DNA of 64,000 bases from Trichoplax adhaerens (lineage: Eukaryota > Animalia > Placozoa). The stretch lies in the NCBI RefSeq assembly GCF_000150275.1, contig NW_002060945.1, positions 4,823,397 to 4,887,396 of the forward strand, read 5' to 3'. Every line of letters begins with the position of its first letter. Position 1 is the stretch's first letter. The notes beneath the pieces are model-generated. The model was not told the origin of the DNA and made no database searches. It saw only the letters and a list, made by a program, of their open reading frames with translations. The position numbers and the translations under genes were made by a program. Positions 48,703-62,010 of this stretch are shown one piece after another.

Positions 48703-49682
48703 TAGCTAGATTATTGTTTACTTTAATAAAATCTAATTGCTATAGTTGAAAACCGTATATAAAGGCTATGTGCGCCGCGCCTAGACATTTGCTATCTATG
48801 TGTAGTTATGATCTCATATATATATTACTGTCAGAAAAGATAGTGTAACATCTTAAACGGTATTTTTGTATACCTGCGGTAAATTGCTTGTATATACAGT
48901 GCAGATATCCACAATGAACTAAAATTGGCAAATGAATGAAATGGTTAATGTATGTAAGATGGCACAATTTTTATTTAAATAATAAAATTAGAACGTAATA
49001 TACGCTACACACTACAGTATGATGACTGCGATCGAGATATCTTTCTGATTTGTAACAACTAAGAATAAATAAACGTAGAATCTAGCATAATTTTGCTTCG
49101 AAATCTACTATGAATTATGAAAGAGAAATGAAAAATTTTTCAATAATGTAATCATATAATAAACTGCAGTAAATTAACGAGATGCTAATACAACCCTAGG
49201 TGCTAAGTTAACGTACAATCAAAGTATATGAGACATGCCTAGTGTAGTGAAAAATAGAAAATACATTGCAGATAACTTTATGTGGATAACATAATCTGTT
49301 TAAGGTTAGGTAGAAGTTAAGTTGCCTGGTCGATTTCCTTTAATCTTCTGGTTTTTTCGATCTTTTATCAATTTAACGCACAGTTTAATTACAATAAAAT
49401 CATTTATGGCATCATACTTCTTGGCTAAGCATAATTAATCTACTGCCCTCGAATTAACATATTGCTTAAACGCAAGCAGATATGCTTCGAAAATACTTCT
49501 TGAAGAATTAGGATAGAACACTGCAAAGACGTAAGGGTTATAGTAAAATATAACAGCAATAGATACCATACGCACTCATACGTACGTGTATCAGACATTA
49601 TATAGTCCTGAAGCAAAGAAGAAAATTTCATCATGTCTTGTACAAATATACGGAGGTATAATAAAAGTAACATAGTGAGCAG

Positions 49683-49840
49683 TGATCGACCGAAGGCCGA
49701 TCATTAGCTTTTGATTGGTTGAACGCTGGCTGATCTATCAAGTTTTTTGATTGGTTGAAGCTGACATTGATACCCGAACACAGGCAGGTGTACCCTGTAA
49801 CGCTGGCTGATCTATCAACTCCCTTCGGTTGAATAATAAC
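49683..49840. repeat. Structured repeat element, possibly a non-autonomous transposon fragment, between the TIMM44 and PGPEP1 3' ends
   Basis: Hairpin TGATCGACC-GAA-GGCCGATCA. Exact 20-mer AACGCTGGCTGATCTATCAA at 49722 and 49799. TTTTGATTGGTTGAA occurs twice. ACCGAAGG and CCTTCGGT are inverted at the two ends. Confidence 0.55.
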
Positions 49841-50202
49841 AAAATTCCTATTTGGAATACCGTCCTCTAATATAATGGAGAGATTGCACTGATAGGTTAA
49901 ATTTTGTCATGGTATTGAAAAATCAAATTTCTAGTTTATTGGTTTCCTTTTCAATAACATCATACTTTTACCAATGATGAATTTTTTATTACTGGGTTAA
50001 TAGTTATAATTAGAGCATTATATACTGATCATTTCCGCAAAATTGATTAATATTGGGTTATACATGATACTTCTATTTCGCTAATAAATGTAGTTAGAAT
50101 TTATCTTAATCATAGAGATCTGTCACTTAAATAAGGGAATAATTTCTAAAATAAACGCAGTCTCGAGTAAATTAGCTGTTCGAATCTTGAGTTCTACAAT
50201 AT

Positions 50203-53200
50203 TTAAATATTTTTAAGCTTTCGTGCTTGATCAATCAAATGGGGCATTATTAATTTTATGGCGGCAGCTGTTGTATTGCTGTCGTAAATTTCCGTAACTG
50301 GAGCGTGGATAAATATTGATGGACATTTTGCAAGTTTGAGAGAAGTATAATAGGTGAATCCGCAAAGATACCTGCCCGTATATTAAATGATTAACAGCAT
50401 TTAGTAAAAATAATATGAATATTTATTTATTAGAAGATACACACGTTCTAAGAATAACAAGATGTTTAAATAAATCAATTATCCCTACAGTAGCTGCTGA
50501 TATGAAGCCTAAACTGCCTAACCAGTCGTGCTGACATTGTCTTACCTTCCAGGGTCATCAGAAAGCTCGACTTTTCCATCAGTAAGGGACTTATTGACCT
50601 CATCGGCAACAGCCTTGAGATTCAAACTTGTATTTAACTCTGCTGGGCCATCTAAGGTGATAATTAATTATATTATCAACAGTAGCTTAATCAGAATAAA
50701 AGTATTATTAGACATAACTTAAGGTAGGCTTACAATATAGCGGTATAATTTTAACAAAAGTTATTACCGGCAGTGAAAATTAACGCGAAAAATTCGAGGT
50801 TATCTTAATCAGTAACATACGAATAGCCCAATTAGATACCTTTATCTATACAGCAGTTATCAGCTGGACAACGGCCTGAAACATCTGGAAGTACGTAATT
50901 GTTACAAAAAGCGCGACTCTCTAATAAAATGGTCTCAGCGGTACCATGGACTCCAACGTAGACACAAAGCTATCAAATAAAATTCTATAGAATTAAAGAT
51001 CTAAAAGCGTATAAAGTAGAATACAACTTTGTCATTGTTTAATAGAAAGGTAAATATAATTATAAATAACGTCGGCATGTTACGTAATTAAAATACAGGT
51101 TGTTTACTATAGACCTTATTTCCTTGACTTGTCTACGATATAGTAACCTATTCATGGCACTATAACATTGCAGCTCTGCCGTTAAATAAGTAAGTAAGCA
51201 TTATGCGTAAGCAATTAAAAATTTTTATCACGTTCTTTTTTAACGTTTAAAATGGGCTGTGACGGAACAATAAAGATTCCAAGTAGTTAACTATCGTGAA
51301 CTGCTGGCATGATAATTTTAAGCGACACTAAACTGTCAACGGCTTAAAGCCTGAATCGAATATAACAAAAGTGCAGGCTAAAGCAACGCAGATCAGTTTT
51401 TTCCCTTTCTACTGTAGAAAAATCAAATTTATGCGTTTCAATGAAATTGCGTTGCAGTTAAGTTAATAATAGTGAATTCTACCTACATTGTAAAGCTACG
51501 ATATGAAAGATATACATCAGATTTAAAGTCGATATTATGAGTGTGAACATAATGTAATGCATCAATTACATTGCGAATTAGAATCAGTTGGTATTCGGAG
51601 ACATTATGATTAACAGAAATAAGTTCTTGTGATGGTACATACATTGAATAAACTTACCAATAGATTTTCACTTTGAAGGATTCCTGGCAATGTCTCCGAG
51701 ATGAAATTATAGTCAACGGATAGCTGTCTCACGTCCAATTCTACTTGTTTATTCTGAAAATCGTCATGAGCCAGATTCTATCGATCCCCAACATTAAATA
51801 GAGAACAAACACGAATACGATTTTAGTAAAGGGAACTACTAGAAACTGCTATTTGAAAAGATTTGATAATCATAGAAATACCATCTAGAAAATTTTATCA
51901 AAGTTAACATAATTCTTATACAGTACTGTACAGTACAAGATATTAAGGTTAGTCTCAGATATGGATTTATTTTGTAAAGACAGCATGAAACTTGACATGA
52001 TTTGAAATTTACGTAAAGCCCAAATTTATTGAAATACGTACGATAGATGTTAATCCCTTGATTCTACGTATTTATCAGTATACGATGCAGGATATACACG
52101 CGTTTATGGGTTACTAATCGGTAAAATGAGTACCCCTGCTGTACTGTACCCACTTTCTGTTATTATTACTAACAAAAAATTGATTAAATCAGGATTTATA
52201 GTTTTATAAGCTAAACTAATACAGTCATTTCTAGGCGTCAATGATATTTTGAGTAAATGAGGATTTATTTTAATATCAGAATAGCTGATAGGATAGCGAT
52301 TATAATAAGTTACTAATCTATAACAATAAGTATTTGGGGCTCATAAATAACTTTGTTCACAGTCATGTAATACAGCAGACTATATCTTACTATGTATAAC
52401 TTTACTAAATCGTAATAAATTTAGGCCTACGAAAACTTAAGATAAAAATCTACTTTATTACAATATTTAAAAGGTCCGTGTAAGCTAGTCTACAACAGCA
52501 AAACAGTAAAACATGCGATATTATCTCTAAACTTCTACGCTTTCTATCTCTACATTAAATCAACAAATACAGTACACTACACTTGCTACTCTGTGCAGTT
52601 CTTGTAATAGCGTTTTTATCATTGAAATTTTGGAGCAACTATTAGATTAAAGTTAAATTAAATTTAAATTTAATATCGTAGTCTGGTAGCGATGCATTGT
52701 AGAATATAATAAGCGAATAAAGACAATCGGTACCTTCACTGCCTCCCAGCTGGCATTGGTATGAAAATGAGCGAATGGACCAAAACCTACAAAAAATTAT
52801 TGAATAGTAAATGATATCTTAGCATTACAATTACATTAGGAAACTGAAGAGTTATTACCCTTATCGATCTAAAATCAATGTCTATTTAATTAATTCAATT
52901 CTGGGCATCAATATGATTTATTCGCAAATTTACTGAGAAGTAATACTGTACTACAGTACTGTATACAGGATATATTCCTCGATAACACATCAGTGATCCG
53001 TCTTATGAACTACAGTATTATAGTGATTCATATTTAGTGAATCCGATATAAAATAAAATTGTAATAATTGACAAGATCTAATCAAATTTTTCCATTAATT
53101 AATGAAATTATCACTATAGTAGCAAAAATATACAGTAGGTCGTACAGTCAGCATAGATATGGTCCTACGTTTCACTTTATTGTTTTCGTAAAGTTGGAAA

Positions 53201-53743
53201 TATCAAATTTAATTCTTCAATTCGAAACAAAAATAATATCTTGTTAATTTATATCGATTACTGCTGTTGTGCTCATATTGTAGTCATGTATTAATCTCAA
53301 TCACTCATCTCATATAATTATAAAATAATATATATATATAATCAATGATAAATGAATGATCGATGATACTAAACGCTTGATTAATTTATAAACAATACTC
53401 GATGACAAATGATGTGCACCAATGAATCATGCAATATATTATTAAGGAAATTGTAATGTCAACGATTCTAAAACTAATTTTTAATGGAAAAGTCTCACTT
53501 CTAGCTTGTAATGAAACGAAATCGTCCAAAAAAAAATACATACATATATATATATATGCTATAGAAATGTAAAACTAACTAACATTAGCCCTCTACGGTA
53601 TGTAATCTTATTGTACTAGAATAGAATTAAATTATTGTACAGTACGTTAATTGGCTAGTCTACATATTGCTAATCATGGGTAAATCATTAACGATGATGC
53701 TTATATCTTTCTTACCTGTCACTAAAATTAAATCATTCGCCAT
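50203..53743 (-). CDS. PGPEP1: Pyroglutamyl-peptidase I (peptidase C15); 6 exons
   Basis: ILVTGFGPF..HTNASWEAVK, VYVGV, ILLESRA (catalytic Glu), SDDPGRYLCGFTYYTSL (Cys), IFIHAP (His). Confidence 0.94.
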
Positions 53744-53899
53744 TGCAACACGGCAATATGGAAAGGATCTAAAATATACAGTAGATGCAACCAGGGCTGA
53801 GCGCTGAATAGTAAAAACAAAGCAATACAAACTTTTAACCTTTTCTCCTTAAAATAAAGGCCTGAGAGAGTATCAGACTACCAGCATCAGTACGAGAGT

Positions 53900-54140
53900 G
53901 CGTACAGTAGAGTACTCACCACCGCAAATTTGTGAGAAGCGTTATGAGTGACGTCATCTCTGCTAATGACATTGTGATTTTAGGATCACAATCGTAACGC
54001 GCTGTACTGTACAATGTACTGTAGTACTGTACATGCGCACCACAGTATCTTACAGTGATTACTACCGTGTGACTGCGTGGAGTTCGTTGGCATCGAGTAC
54101 GGTGCAGTACAGTACAGTACGTTGAGTACAGTAATAAACT
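53900..54140. promoter_or_regulatory. Divergent promoter PGPEP1 - SNX27 with full CRE and TACAG/CTGTA cluster
   Basis: TGACGTCA at 53949-53956. CTGTACTGTAC and CAGTACAGTACAGTAC arrays. ATGs about 520 bp apart. Confidence 0.55.
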
Positions 54141-54266
54141 TCAGCACTGGAAAAGTAAACTCCTTACAAGAATCACAAGGCTGAACTTGAAGTTAACATA
54201 CGTAATCTCGTTGCTTCACAGATACATCACATTGTAGACGTGAAAGTTTAATAGTTCTAAAAAAAT

Positions 54267-57200
54267 ATGTCGGATGGAGAAGAAACAGTTGATAGTCCTA
54301 AAACCACTAATGGTGATAGACACACTGAATCGGACGCCCAATCACTTTCTGTCGAAAACAGCAAATCGGTTACAATTCGCAAAAGTCAGAAAGGCTTCGG
54401 CTTTAATGTCAGAGGCCAAGTCAGTGAAGGTGGCCAGTTAAGAGCTATTAATGGAAAGCTATATCCACCACTCCAACATGTTAGTGCTGTTATTGACGGT
54501 GGTTCAGCCAAGCAAGCGGGTGTGCGAGTTGGAGACAGAATATTAGCTGTGTAAGTTAAAAAGAATCTGCTATATAGGGCAACTTTTCGTCACATTATTT
54601 ACATTTAACCACACTGTAGTATTGACAACAAACTAGAATATTTCAAACATTTGCTGTTCCAGTACTGCTTTTCAAAGTTAAATCTAAAATTCTGTTAAAA
54701 CTGATTAAACGCGTGATCTGTGTACTGAATGCAGTTCCAGTCGTGATAAAATGATGGTGCTCAACTTTTCTGCTTTCAATGCAAAAATTGACCCTGCTGA
54801 GAAGAAAGATTCTTACTATAGAACTGATTCAAAGTTGAGAACTCTGTTCAACTGACCGGCATCGCATGCAATATGTATTCAAATTATCTGCCACTAAAGA
54901 CTAATTTGTGATTTCGAGATGTAGTGTTATACTTTTATTGTAATTACATTACAGTTTTTGTGTGTGTACATTAATAACACGAACAAAGTAAAAACCTACG
55001 CAAGAAACAAGAAACACACCTATGCTTAAGGCCACTTGCCTAAGCCTACCGATCCCAAGAAAGTGCTCGTTGCTCATTGCCTGATGCAGTATCGTTTAGT
55101 ACGGTTATTACACTCGAACTATACGTCACTCTACAGTGCTGTACGAATGAACCAGTCACTTTACTGTAAACCTGTTATTACAGTACAGTACTGTAGTATC
55201 GGCAGCACCGTACAATTTACAGTATTTACATACAGTACTGTAATACAATATACTGTACTGTACTGCCGTGACTGCTTTTGTACTACTTTCGGATTAGCAC
55301 ACTCGATTAACCGTTTTCACCCCAATCTGCAGTCACGATCACGACACTGGGTTGCTTAGTCTATCAAAGATCTTTCAAGATCTTTATTGATCCCTTGACG
55401 ATACTGTATGTACTGTACTGTACACTTGTACAGTATCTGGAAACCTCTGCAATTGCAACTTACGAAGGACTACTTACCTATAATGTCACAGGCAACATGG
55501 TGGCACAACTAACTGAAAAGTAAACGGCAATATGCAAACTCGTATTTACGTATATAGTACTTACTGTATAACACTGCAGTAATCTGTTAAAATGATGTAT
55601 TGATGAAACGTCTTAAATGTACCCCTACTCGAATTATACAACTTATTTATTGCAGCTGTCATGCACCTTCACGTTAATTAAGTTGATTAAAGCCTTGACA
55701 TGATGGAAGGAAGTACTAAATTAGTACCATTATTTGAGACATTTCATCAATAAATTTGGGATATCTATTATCAATATTAATCAACCTACAATCTACTGTA
55801 CACTCTTGAACTAGTACTTAAAAATACTTATTGTGCCATACCGAACAAAAATCTTCTTGACATAATTTGATACTGTAATTCTACTTTTCCTAAGACCCTT
55901 CTTCACTCGCCATAGCTTATGATTTATTGAAATACTGTACGTGGATAATTTAAATTCCCTTAATATTTATTATGGACTTACTGTATTAACTATGTACTCG
56001 CGCAAAAATACCACTATCTCAACGACTCGGTGCATTAGTCCGTATTGATCAACAGGCAATAGTCACGGTTTATTAATGTAATTCGCACCGGATTTTCATC
56101 CTGAATCTTACCATCTAAATTCTTAATGTGATGTTAGTGTGAACTGCACTCAATACGCACTAATAAATGTACTTTCATATTAATCTCGTAGCCTAGTGAT
56201 GATTAATGCTAGAATTTTGTGTAGACTATAAATGTGAAATTATTCACTCAGTGTACATGGTATTAACAATTGTGCGTAAATGATATGATGTACTGTAGTA
56301 TATGAGCTACAATAAAACGTAAATAATTAATATCTGCTGTTCGTACAGTACTTTATAAATTATAAAACTACCGTAAATTTATCAATTATATTATCAAAAT
56401 TCAGCAAGTGTCCGTTCTATTCACTTGTATCTAACAGCAACCATAAACCTGAATTACTGTACTTCATAGTCTATACCACAACGGGCTATTTAGTACGCTA
56501 TTTCAATACAGTACGTTGTTACGAGTAGGGATTGCTATGTTGAAATGTTTTTGACTACAATTTTCGATCTTGGTGGTCACTTCAATGACTAGCTAATTTA
56601 CAGCTATGACAAGTGACAATAGATTATAGAAACAGTAAGTCAAAAAATTTATAACTTTACAGTACTTAAATTACGAATACTATACTGTAATATAAACTAA
56701 TGATACTGTCAGCCTATATATTCGTATTTCACATATTCCTGTAAGATGTTACTATTAACACGGTATCCTACAGCTAACACCAAGGAAATGAGAGGCAGGA
56801 ATACAGAGGTTATCTTCTTACTTCAGTCGATTCCCAGCTTTCAGCTTTCATTATACGTAAATAACACATTGCTTTCATTCCGTGATATTTAGAGTTAAGT
56901 ATACTGCTAAACACAGTATACAATTTATTTTTACTGTTGTCACACCAAATCATGTATGAATGTAATAAAACACGCTTGAATTAATGATGTCAAACAACAC
57001 TAGGACTTCATCCCATCGTACTTAGTATATCAGTAGATTAGTCTACATTTAGCATAAATTGCATATTACTGTTTTAAAGCCTTTATTTTGGATGCCCTGT
57101 TACATAAATTTATTCTCGTGATATTAGTTAGTGCTATAAATTTACACGGGCCTAGTTCGTTATCGATTGTACATATGCGGTAGTATAAACTCGCAAACTG

Positions 57201-60200
57201 TGCAAAGCGCGTGTGTTGCTTTGTGAGCTAGCGGTGCTGTACTGACTGGTTACTGTAATTAAAAGTTATTAAATCTTTTACAATATTATTCTAAATAACA
57301 GATTTTCTGCGTGTAACTCCTTTAAATACAATCAGATATATCCTGAGCTTAAAACTGCCTTTGTTGTTTTAAATGAAATACTATCAAAATACATACGTAA
57401 TTGTAATCTACTTTCGATTTAATAACGCATTGAGCTAGCTTTCAAATATTGCTATCTCAATAGCTAGTAGATGAACAGAATGGATGGCTATAAGTTTTCT
57501 AACCTTCTGTATCGTTAACTGTTTGTGTATTACATTTATCTAATAGAAATGGAATTAGCGTCGAAGGATCCTCTCATCAAGCTGTAGTCGACCTGATTAA
57601 ACAAAATAGCCAAGTATGTGAATTATTGTTATTACCAGTAACAGATGACGAAGCCAAAAGATTGGATGGTCGTGGCAGAGGATCTGCACACCATGACTAT
57701 CCACCTGATTATACAGAAAAGAACGCTTTACCTATAACTATACCAGATTGGACAAATATCGATCGAAATGGCGAACGCTACACAGTAAATTTTGCATATA
57801 CTTTTAATGCTCCTTTTAGCGACCTTACAATTACACTTGCTTGTTACCAAATAATGAAGTAATCCTCCTAAAAATATCGCTGTTCATTCTGAAGCCTTTA
57901 ATTTTACAAATAGGCGTACAATGTCTACATGAGTAAGAAGCTGTTGTGTTCCAAAAGATACAGTGAATTCTCCACACTCCATAGCGCGGTAAAAATTATC
58001 ATAATATACGGAATAGTTAGAAAACTTTCTTAAGTATTTATAACGCCTGTATGCAATCGAAAATCATGTCTTATTGTTCATAAATGAAATATCTATTAAT
58101 TTCGATATTGTAATTCCATAATCCGCAGCTTAAAAGAGAGCACAGAGAATACAACTTTCCAAAATTTCCCGGCAAGTGGCCATTTAGCTTATCTGAACCA
58201 CAAATCGATCAAAGAAGACGCAGTTTGGAGTCCTACTTATGTCAAGGTAGAAAGAATACTTAAATAGAAATCCTGGTCTTCTCAATTTTAGTAGTACTGA
58301 TTCAGGGATCGAAATATTAAAAGAGCTTATACTGTACCAGATGTATTTTTTAAAGCAAGATTACCTATATGCAACTTTAAATATCGTAATATTTTATAAA
58401 ATGATACCATATCTTGACCCTAACCAGTTCTCTTTAATAACCCTGTTATAATCGCGATTAAAAAATACCCTAATAGCATAGATTTGAAAGGTTTTCTTTT
58501 TGTTTTCTTGAAGTAACTTCTGTCTGTGCCATTTACGACTCAAAAACTATCCAAGAATTTTTATGTATAAACGATGAAAGCAAGGTATAGTGTTACTGTT
58601 TTTAATCGTCTGTATCAGATCATAATATACAGTATTTTCTGCAGTCGCTGTCATTATAGAAATAATTAACCAATCTCCTGTTGAAGACTATGACATACTC
58701 ATATGTCGATTTATACGAAGTGTACCATCTCGTTGCTTTCTTTTATACTATATTAGAAATGCTGGCTAAGCCAACATTCGAATTAATACCTATATTTTAT
58801 TAGAAAACTAATACAGAACCTACAGATGACAACAACACCTCGATCGAAATATCGTTACCAGATGCGAAGACGATAGCAATATCAATTCGTAAGAGTGATA
58901 TCGTGGAAGATGTTTACCAGGTAAAAATTATACTTATGCTTATTGGACAAGTAATGATATCGAATACGCCATATTTGCTGTAACTTATAAGTGATATTTC
59001 GTTAAATCTCTCCTCTACTAGATTGCTGCTAAGAAAGCTGGAATTGGCAAATCCAATATGAAGTATTTTGCAATGTTTGAACATATTAGTGAAAACTTTT
59101 GTGAGTAGACTTTCAGCACTTTGACAGCTAATTATATACTCATTGAACGTAAGCTAGCGTCAAACCTATAATACGCTTTTAAGCAGACTTTAATGACTAG
59201 TGATTTACAAACGATCTAGGGAGAAAACTACAAGACAATGAAATGCCGTACGCTGTAATTTACAGATCATCTTCTAATAGAAATTTGGCAATCAAGAAAT
59301 GGACATTTTCTGAAGATAAGGTCAGCCAATTTAGATATCGTGACATTTATTAAGTTCTTTCAGGAATGGATAGACAATTATAATGTCAATTTCCATTGTT
59401 ATTTATAGGAGAAAACCCTTGTATCCGATGATACCGTCTTAAACTATATATATCATGAGGTATCTTCTAAATTATGAATTTACGGTATTTTACTGAAATG
59501 CTGAAAGTGCTACTATTTATACAGTACTATCGGTAACAAACGCGATAGTTGCAACGAAAAGCATAATCGCTAAATTCATCAATAAGTAAATACTTAATCC
59601 TATTATAGGCTGCCAACGAAATAAAATCTGGAAAGTTATCATCGCAAGAAAAAATAAATGATCTGAAGGCGGCGCAAAATTCTGGCAAGAAGGCTCTGGT
59701 ATATTTATTTCTTTAGTCATCAATTTATTCAACTGAAAATTCGTCTGTGCTAACTTGTCACTTAATTTCAGTTTGTGGAACTAGCTCAAACATTACGTGG
59801 ATATAATACAGTAGTATTTCCGCACTGTGCTTCCAATGTCCGTAAAAATGGCAATGTAATTGTTAGCATTTCTAAATCAGGCTTAGCTTTAACAGCTTGT
59901 ACAAATACTGGGGAATTAGAGGTATGCGGTTGTAATACTCATAAACTATATCTTATTAAGCAACTTTGCTATAGATAATGTAAACTCTGAATCAAATAGG
60001 AACAAGAACATAAATTTAATTGGGATAGTATCATTGAATGGGAAACAGACGAAGATGAGGCATCATTTAATTTTCGATATAATCGTGAAAATATGCCTCC
60101 TAGACTAGTCAAACTTTATACAGATTATGTAAGTGGATGAAGTACCTTACTTCGATTTTAGAATATTTGAGTCCTTCATTCTAGCTGATTAACCTATTTG

Positions 60201-60485
60201 TAATACTTCTAATAAATGCTTAGGACATGTATATGAAAGAATGCTTTGATCGAGTTATAGCAGAACTGGAATGGGAAAGAGAGGTTAACTGTCGATAAAT
60301 ACGTGTGATGAAAACCTAAACATCAAAGAAAAAAACTTAAATTGTTACACTTTATATCTGTATTATAGCAAATTGATGTTAAGCCTACGGAGAACGTTGC
60401 TGCTGTTACTGCGTCTGAAAAGCCCTCAGCTAAAAAACTAACGAAGCCGAGTGCATTGGCTGATATTGGAGATGGTGATTTGTAA
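54267..60485 (+). CDS. SNX27: Sorting nexin 27 (PDZ-PX-FERM-like); multi-exon
   Basis: PDZ: [35 protein letters not shown]: [41 protein letters not shown]: [20 protein letters not shown]. Ends ...[10 protein letters not shown]. Confidence 0.95.
55080..55519 (+). promoter_or_regulatory. Putative internal promoter and alternative first coding exon (ATG 55497, donor 55520) of SNX27
   Basis: Intronic TACAG/CTGTA cluster like those at the true promoters, followed by gcaacATGG TGGCACAACTAACTGAAAA|gtaaac. Phase 2 matches the acceptor at 57547. Confidence 0.45.
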
Positions 60486-62010
60486 CACTGATGCCCAGGC
60501 TTAGTAAATAATTAAGGCATCATGCCTGATTCGTTGTAAATTAATACGATATTTTCTATCATATCATAGAAAGCTAGAAATTTTGGATAATCTTTATTAA
60601 GTCTTTTAATCAACTTAAACAACAGTTTACTGTAGTAATAATTTTGTCATTTATTCGTAATTTTCACTATATCGAATATTCTAGAAATTATACTTTCCAG
60701 TTAACCCATGTGCTGTTGCTACAGTATTAGTACCTCTTACAGAAAATCTTAAAAGTGAATTGTAACATGACTGCATCGTATTAGAATGCTATTGATTCTA
60801 TTCTTTTATCAAATTTGACACGGTGATAGAAATACGAGTATTTTGACTGCGAAAATTTTACCGTTTGTTGACTAAAATCTAGCTACTAATCAACTGTATG
60901 TTAAATGGAAAATATGTGATTTTAGGGTTGTTTATACCTTATCACTGGCTTGTAAATTTGTACGGAATGGAAAATCATTCATTATTCAATGTAATATACA
61001 GTCTAATGCCAGTTTTAAAGTTTTAAATTATAATTATTGTGGTGGACATATTAAATGTGATATTATAGTAAAGTAAAATTGAGTAATCATTGTAGTTGTA
61101 AACATTCCTTAAATATGTAATCACAGTACTTAATGGAATTGGTGTTTTAAGTAAATACTGTATTTTAGAAGTTCTGACAACCTATTATACGGCCAGGAGA
61201 TTGCAATATTTAATTCTATCTATTGTGTCTAGCATAACGATATACGGTATTCTGATCGCTGTATAAGCGGTAAGAGTTGTACTAAATGCAATTTTGTCTT
61301 CGTATATAATGACACGGTATCAGTTCTCGTGAAATGAAAGGAGGCTTGTAGACGTCTAATGAGACTTAAAAAGGAGTTACAACTATTTAATATTCGCTCA
61401 TATAAAGCTTTAAAGCGTATCGATAAGTACTATTGTTAGATTTGAGAATAAACTACAATCAGGGACAGCTAAAAAAGATTAAAAATCCCTACTTCCAAGT
61501 AATATTTGTGTTAGAGAAACAGATAGCATTGGGTGTTCTAACAAGATCATCATAAAATTTGTTTACTTCTGTGAAGTTAGAATAGAAATACGAAGAAATG
61601 TATTATAATTACGTATGTAAGAGGTTGAAGGCTATGTTACTATTACTCTATTTAATCCTTAATATTTATTTCATAGTGAACTTTATTTATCACACAGTCT
61701 ATCAAATAGGGCTAGGATTAGGATTTAAAACCTCCTTCAAATGGGTTTCGATTATGTTATGCTATGGTTTATAGTATATTGTATTATGTTATGTACTATA
61801 GTCACTATTCGTGATGTGCATTAGTTTATATAACTTGGCTATTACTTAATCTATCAAATACTAAAATACAACTCGAAGATTACAAGAATCGTATCTATGC
61901 GTACTTATAACAAATATATTTGAAACTATCATAAAATCTACATATAATGTATAAATCTAGATATTAATCTATCTAATACAGTCACAAATTATAATATTAC
62001 AATTACATTG

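Noticed and set aside
51657-51778. Suspected frameshift in PGPEP1 exon 3
   Set aside because: On re-reading, the exon is in frame (NLAHDDFQNKQVELDVRQLSVDY), so the gene is intact.
55471-55480. TACTTACCT resembling the U1 snRNA 5' end
   Set aside because: No downstream U1 stem-loops or Sm site. It is simply the complement of a splice donor.
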